DNA of 33,077 nt from Candidatus Rokuibacteriota bacterium (GTDB taxonomy: Bacteria; Methylomirabilota; Methylomirabilia; Rokubacteriales; CSP1-6): contig JBKKCN010000450.1 in assembly GCA_046712525.1 (NCBI GenBank), forward strand, positions 1-33,077, given 5' to 3'. A model generated the notes under the pieces. It had not been told where the DNA came from. It made no database searches and worked only from the letters and a program-made list of their open reading frames with translations. Within the stretch, counting starts at the first letter, position 1, and each line of letters opens with the position of its first letter. The position numbers were made by a program, and so were the translations under genes. Shown piece after piece: positions 30,018 through 33,077 of this stretch.

Positions 30018-30033
30018 CGGCATCGCTGTTGCT
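30018..30033 (+). promoter_or_regulatory. sigma-54-type -24/-12 promoter candidate (CGGCAT-cgctg-TTGCT)
   Basis: Correct GG-N10-GC spacing. It lies ~65 nt upstream of usp ATG 30096 and directly downstream of the bEBP gene. Confidence 0.45.
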
Positions 30034-30095
30034 CTCCTTCCCCTGCGTGGTGGCGCGGCGTCATCCGGGCGCCGAATCGATCCCAGGAGGATGCG

Positions 30096-30584
30096 ATGCA
30101 GGTCAAGACAGTGCTGGTTCCACTCGATGGCTCGATCCTCGCGGAGGCCGCGCTGACGTGGGCGGCCGACCTCACGTGCCAAGGCGGTAAGGTGGTGCTC
30201 CTGCGCGCCGCGGAAGCGCCCGCCACCCTGAACGCCGATCCCATCGACCTCCAGGTCACCGCCATCCGTGGCGCCGAGACGTACCTCGCCGGCGTGGCGC
30301 TCCGCCTGAAGGAGCTCGGCGTCGGTAACGTCGACACGTCCGTCTGGTACGGACCACCCGTGGAGGCGATCGTGGACGCCGCGCGCTACCGCCATGCCGA
30401 CCTCATCGTCATGAGCACGCACGGCCGCAGCGGTCTCGGCCGGCTCGTCATGGGCAGCGTCGCGGAGTCGGTGCTGCGCTCCACGACGACGCCCATCCTG
30501 CTCGTGCGCTCGCCGCAGGCGCCCGTCGCAAGCGTGAGTGCCGCCGCCGCGCAGCCCGCGATGGCGGGGGAGGCCGTGCGATGA
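30096..30584 (+). CDS. universal stress protein (UspA family)
   Basis: Track ORF 29991..30584, trimmed to MQVKTVLVPLDGS (ATG 30096), which is preceded by AGGAGG. Motif MSTHGRSGLGRLVMGSVAESVLRSTTTPILLV. Confidence 0.85.
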   Translation: MQVKTVLVPLDGSILAEAALTWAADLTCQGGKVVLLRAAEAPATLNADPIDLQVTAIRGAETYLAGVALRLKELGVGNVDTSVWYGPPVEAIVDAARYRHADLIVMSTHGRSGLGRLVMGSVAESVLRSTTTPILLVRSPQAPVASVSAAAAQPAMAGEAVR

Positions 30585-31018
30585 AGCGAATCATGCACGC
30601 CACCGATTTTTCGCCGGCATCGCGCCCGGCGTTCGTCCGCGCCCTGCAGGAGGCGAAGGACCACAACGCCGAGCTCACGGTCGTGCACGTCGTGTCGCCG
30701 GTGCTCGGCTTCGCGGGTGATGGCTACGTGTCGCCGTCAACGTACGAGACACTCGCCCGCTCGAGCAGGGCATGGGCGCAGAAAAAGCTCGACGCGCTGC
30801 TCGCAAAAGCGAAGAGTGCGCGCGTGCGCGCCCGGGGGCTGCTGCTCGACGGCGTGGCGCACGAGCAGATCGCGAAGGCCGCAAAGTCGAAGAAGACCGA
30901 TCTGCTCGTGGTAGGCACCCATGGCCGAACGGGTATGGCGCGCTTTTTCGTGGGCAGCGTCGCCGGACGTGTCGTCGCCACCGCGCCGTGCCCCGTTCTC
31001 ACCGTTCGCGGAACCTAA
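30581..31018 (+). CDS. universal stress protein (UspA family)
   Basis: 145-aa track ORF. Motifs IMHATDFS...VVGTHGRTGMARFFVGSVAGRVVATAPCPVLTV. ATGA overlap with the previous gene. Confidence 0.85.
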   Translation: MKRIMHATDFSPASRPAFVRALQEAKDHNAELTVVHVVSPVLGFAGDGYVSPSTYETLARSSRAWAQKKLDALLAKAKSARVRARGLLLDGVAHEQIAKAAKSKKTDLLVVGTHGRTGMARFFVGSVAGRVVATAPCPVLTVRGT

Positions 31019-31060
31019 GGACGAGCCCATGAGCGCCGAGCTCGTCGCGCACGTCTAGCC

Positions 31061-32182
31061 ATGGTGATGGAAGCGGTACGCATCGGTGTCACTGCCCTCG
31101 CCGAATACCTGACGTCGCTACTCAGCGAGCCGGTGGCCGTGCAGGGCGTGCGGGCGCTCGGCGCCACCGACGGCCTCGCGGATCCCAAAGGGTTCGGCTA
31201 CGGGGCGCCCTTCGAAGTGCTGTGCGAGGTCGCGGGTCGGCCCCGCACCTTCGTCGTCTCGCGCACGCGCCCGGCCGCCGGCTTCGGCCACGACTATCCC
31301 GCCGATCGCGCGTGGCAGGCGCTCTACGGCCACGCCGCGTACAACGCCTTTCCGCGCCACGTGAGGAGTCTCGACGTCGGCATGGTGCGCAGCTCGGGCG
31401 CGCTCGTGTCCGCCGGTGACGCCGCGGAGTTCTTTCAGCTCGTCGAAAAGGCGGACGGACACCTGTACTGGCTCGACCTCGACCGCCTGCTCACGGGCAC
31501 CCTCACCGACCTCGACGTGCTGCGCGCGCAGGCGCTGGCGCGCTACCTGGCGGACGCGCACGCGATGAAGCACGACGATCCCGCCATCTACGCCCGGCGC
31601 ATTCGCGAGCTCGTCGGCCACGGCGAGTGCGTGATGGGCATCCTCGACAGCCTGCCGCATCGCTGGGCGCCGCTGCCGCCCGAGGCGTGCGAGGCGCTCG
31701 AGCACGCGTTGGTGACGTGGCGGTGGAGGCTGCGCGGGCGCGCGCACCGCTGCGCGCGCGTGCACGGCGACTTTCACCCGTGGAACATCCTCTTCCGCGA
31801 AGGCACGGAGTTCTCCGTCCTCGATCGCAGCCGCGGCGAGTGGGGCGAGCCGGCGGACGACGTGGCCGCCCTCGCGGTGAACTACCTGTTCTTCGGCATC
31901 CGGCGCGCGGCGGGCGGCGCCGAGTGCGGGGTGGCCGAACCGTTCCGCACGCTCTTCCAGACGTTCCTCGCCACGTATCTGGAAGCCAGCCACGACGACG
32001 AGCTGCTGGAGACGCTGCCCCCGTTCTTCGCGTTCCGGGCCCTCGTGCTCGCGCACCCGCGCTGGTATCCCAACCTGGCGGGCGACACGCGCGCCGAGCT
32101 GCTGCACTTCGCCCGCTGCATGGCCGACGCCACGCGCTTCGACCCCGCCGACCTCTCGTGGATCTGCGGAGTGGCGCGATGA
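31061..32182 (+). CDS. phosphotransferase / aminoglycoside-phosphotransferase (APH)-like kinase-fold protein
   Basis: 373-aa track ORF with a catalytic loop VHGDFHPWNILF and a downstream VLDRSRGEWGEPADDVA (the Brenner-type HGD.H..N ... D motif of the APH/choline-kinase fold). Confidence 0.75.
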   Translation: MVMEAVRIGVTALAEYLTSLLSEPVAVQGVRALGATDGLADPKGFGYGAPFEVLCEVAGRPRTFVVSRTRPAAGFGHDYPADRAWQALYGHAAYNAFPRHVRSLDVGMVRSSGALVSAGDAAEFFQLVEKADGHLYWLDLDRLLTGTLTDLDVLRAQALARYLADAHAMKHDDPAIYARRIRELVGHGECVMGILDSLPHRWAPLPPEACEALEHALVTWRWRLRGRAHRCARVHGDFHPWNILFREGTEFSVLDRSRGEWGEPADDVAALAVNYLFFGIRRAAGGAECGVAEPFRTLFQTFLATYLEASHDDELLETLPPFFAFRALVLAHPRWYPNLAGDTRAELLHFARCMADATRFDPADLSWICGVAR

Positions 32183-33077
32183 GCTGGGCCATCTGGATCA
32201 CGGGCCTGCCCGGCAGTGGCAAGTCGGTTATCGCACGCGCGGCTGTCGAGCGGCTCGGTGCGGACGGCCGGCCGGTGGCGCTGCTGGAGATGGATGCGAT
32301 GCGCCGCGTGCTCACGCCACATCCGACGTACAGCGACGTGGAGCGGACACGCGTGTACCGCGCCCTCGTGTACGTCGCGGCCAGCCTTGTCGACGCGGGG
32401 GTGCCGGTGATCATCGACGCCACCGCCCACCGGCGAGAGTGGCGCGACCTCGCGCGCGCCACCATCCGCCATTTCGCCGAGGTCCAGCTCGAGTGTCCGA
32501 TGGACGTCTGCCGCGAGCGCGAAGCGACGCGGCCGCAGGGCCACGCCCCCACCGGCATTTACGCGGCGGCCGGCCGCCCGGGCGCCACCGTGCCCGGCGT
32601 GGACGTGGACTACGAGCGCGCGTGTGCCCCGGAGCTCGTCATCGATACCGTGCGCCAATCCGTCGCCGAGGCAGCGGACGCCGTGGCGGGCCTCACGCGC
32701 CGCTTTCCGGTGGAAGCCGCCGCGCTCTACGGCACGCCGACGTGGGTCATGTGGGTGACCGGGCTGCCGGGCAGCGGCAAGACCACGCTGGCCTGGGGCG
32801 TGGCGGAACAGTTGAAGGCGCGCGGCATCGACGTGCGCGTCCTCGACGTGCACGCCGCCCGTGCCGCCGTGGCCGGCGGTGGCCCCGCCACGGCGCGCGA
32901 TGACGAGATCGCGCACCTTGCGCTCGCATACGCCGCCAAGCACCTGAGCGAGGCCGGCGTGCCGGTGCTCGTGGACGCCACCGCGCCGCGGCGCGCCTGG
33001 CGCGAGCGCGCGCGCGCGCTCATCCCGCGCTTCGCCGAAGTCCAGCTTCTCTGCCCGGAACCTGTGTGCAGCACGCG
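32179..33077 (+). CDS. tandem adenylyl-sulfate (APS) kinase-like P-loop protein, 3' end beyond the window
   Basis: Absent from the track because it has no stop in the window. Own translation from ATG 32179 (ATGA overlap with the previous stop): MSWAIWITGLPGSGKSVIARAAVERLGADGRPVALLEMDAMRR...VIIDATAHRREWRDLARATIRHFAEVQLECPMDVCRERE...VDVDYERACAPELVIDT. A second unit follows: TWVMWVTGLPGSGKTTLAWGVAEQLKARGIDVRVLDV...VLVDATAPRRAWRERARALIPRFAEVQLLCPEPVC. Confidence 0.75.
   Translation, partial: MSWAIWITGLPGSGKSVIARAAVERLGADGRPVALLEMDAMRRVLTPHPTYSDVERTRVYRALVYVAASLVDAGVPVIIDATAHRREWRDLARATIRHFAEVQLECPMDVCREREATRPQGHAPTGIYAAAGRPGATVPGVDVDYERACAPELVIDTVRQSVAEAADAVAGLTRRFPVEAAALYGTPTWVMWVTGLPGSGKTTLAWGVAEQLKARGIDVRVLDVHAARAAVAGGGPATARDDEIAHLALAYAAKHLSEAGVPVLVDATAPRRAWRERARALIPRFAEVQLLCPEPVCST

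Noticed and set aside
1-33077. Mobile elements, prophage genes, defence systems, CRISPR arrays, tRNA/rRNA genes
   Set aside because: I looked for transposase/integrase/recombinase motifs, terminal inverted repeats, regularly spaced repeats and structured-RNA-like AT-rich islands. None were found. The only repeats are the 24-bp coding tandem repeat and the ~480-bp diverged direct repeat.

Overview
Very GC-rich 33-kb window from a diderm (Gram-negative-type) bacterium. I saw no rRNA, tRNA, CRISPR array, transposase or integrase. Positions 1-28425 are almost entirely minus-strand genes, tightly packed and often translationally coupled (ATGA/TGATG overlaps). Positions 28522-33077 form a divergent plus-strand operon. 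From left to right: (1) the ftsH 5' end, which runs off the edge and is missing from the ORF track, plus an FAD oxidoreductase. (2) An operon of small metal-associated membrane proteins (YHS, DUF2933-like, SHOCT, ICMT-family methyltransferase, two DUF5676-like paralogs) behind a sigma-54-type promoter. (3) A degraded stretch (4.6-8.4 kb) with frame-broken Met-rich and cupredoxin-like genes, a tandem-repeat secreted protein, gene fragments (half cytochrome b, collapsed USP, half CBS-BON, rhodanese relic) and a split YeeE/YedE pair. (4) A duplicated [S1C/HtrA-like protease + small secreted protein] module flanking an ECF sigma factor. (5) An ~8-kb envelope redox cluster with five c-type cytochrome proteins (7 CxxCH), headed by a Cyc2-like fused monoheme cytochrome-porin; it also holds a second beta-barrel OMP and a cytochrome c fused to a large His-rich domain of unknown function. 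(6) A diverged ~480-bp direct repeat carrying two paralogous small His/Cys membrane proteins around a lipoprotein. (7) Two non-heavy-metal P-type ATPases flanking a tandem USP. (8) A sigma-54 enhancer-binding response regulator, then a sigma-54-type promoter, two USPs, an APH-like kinase and a tandem APS-kinase-like protein that runs off the edge and is missing from the track. The most interesting candidate is the Cyc2-like porin-cytochrome cluster with its downstream protease/ECF module, a possible uncharacterised extracellular electron-transfer (Fe(II)-oxidation-like or Cu-linked) envelope system. All family assignments are motif recognition by eye; no database search or computation was run.
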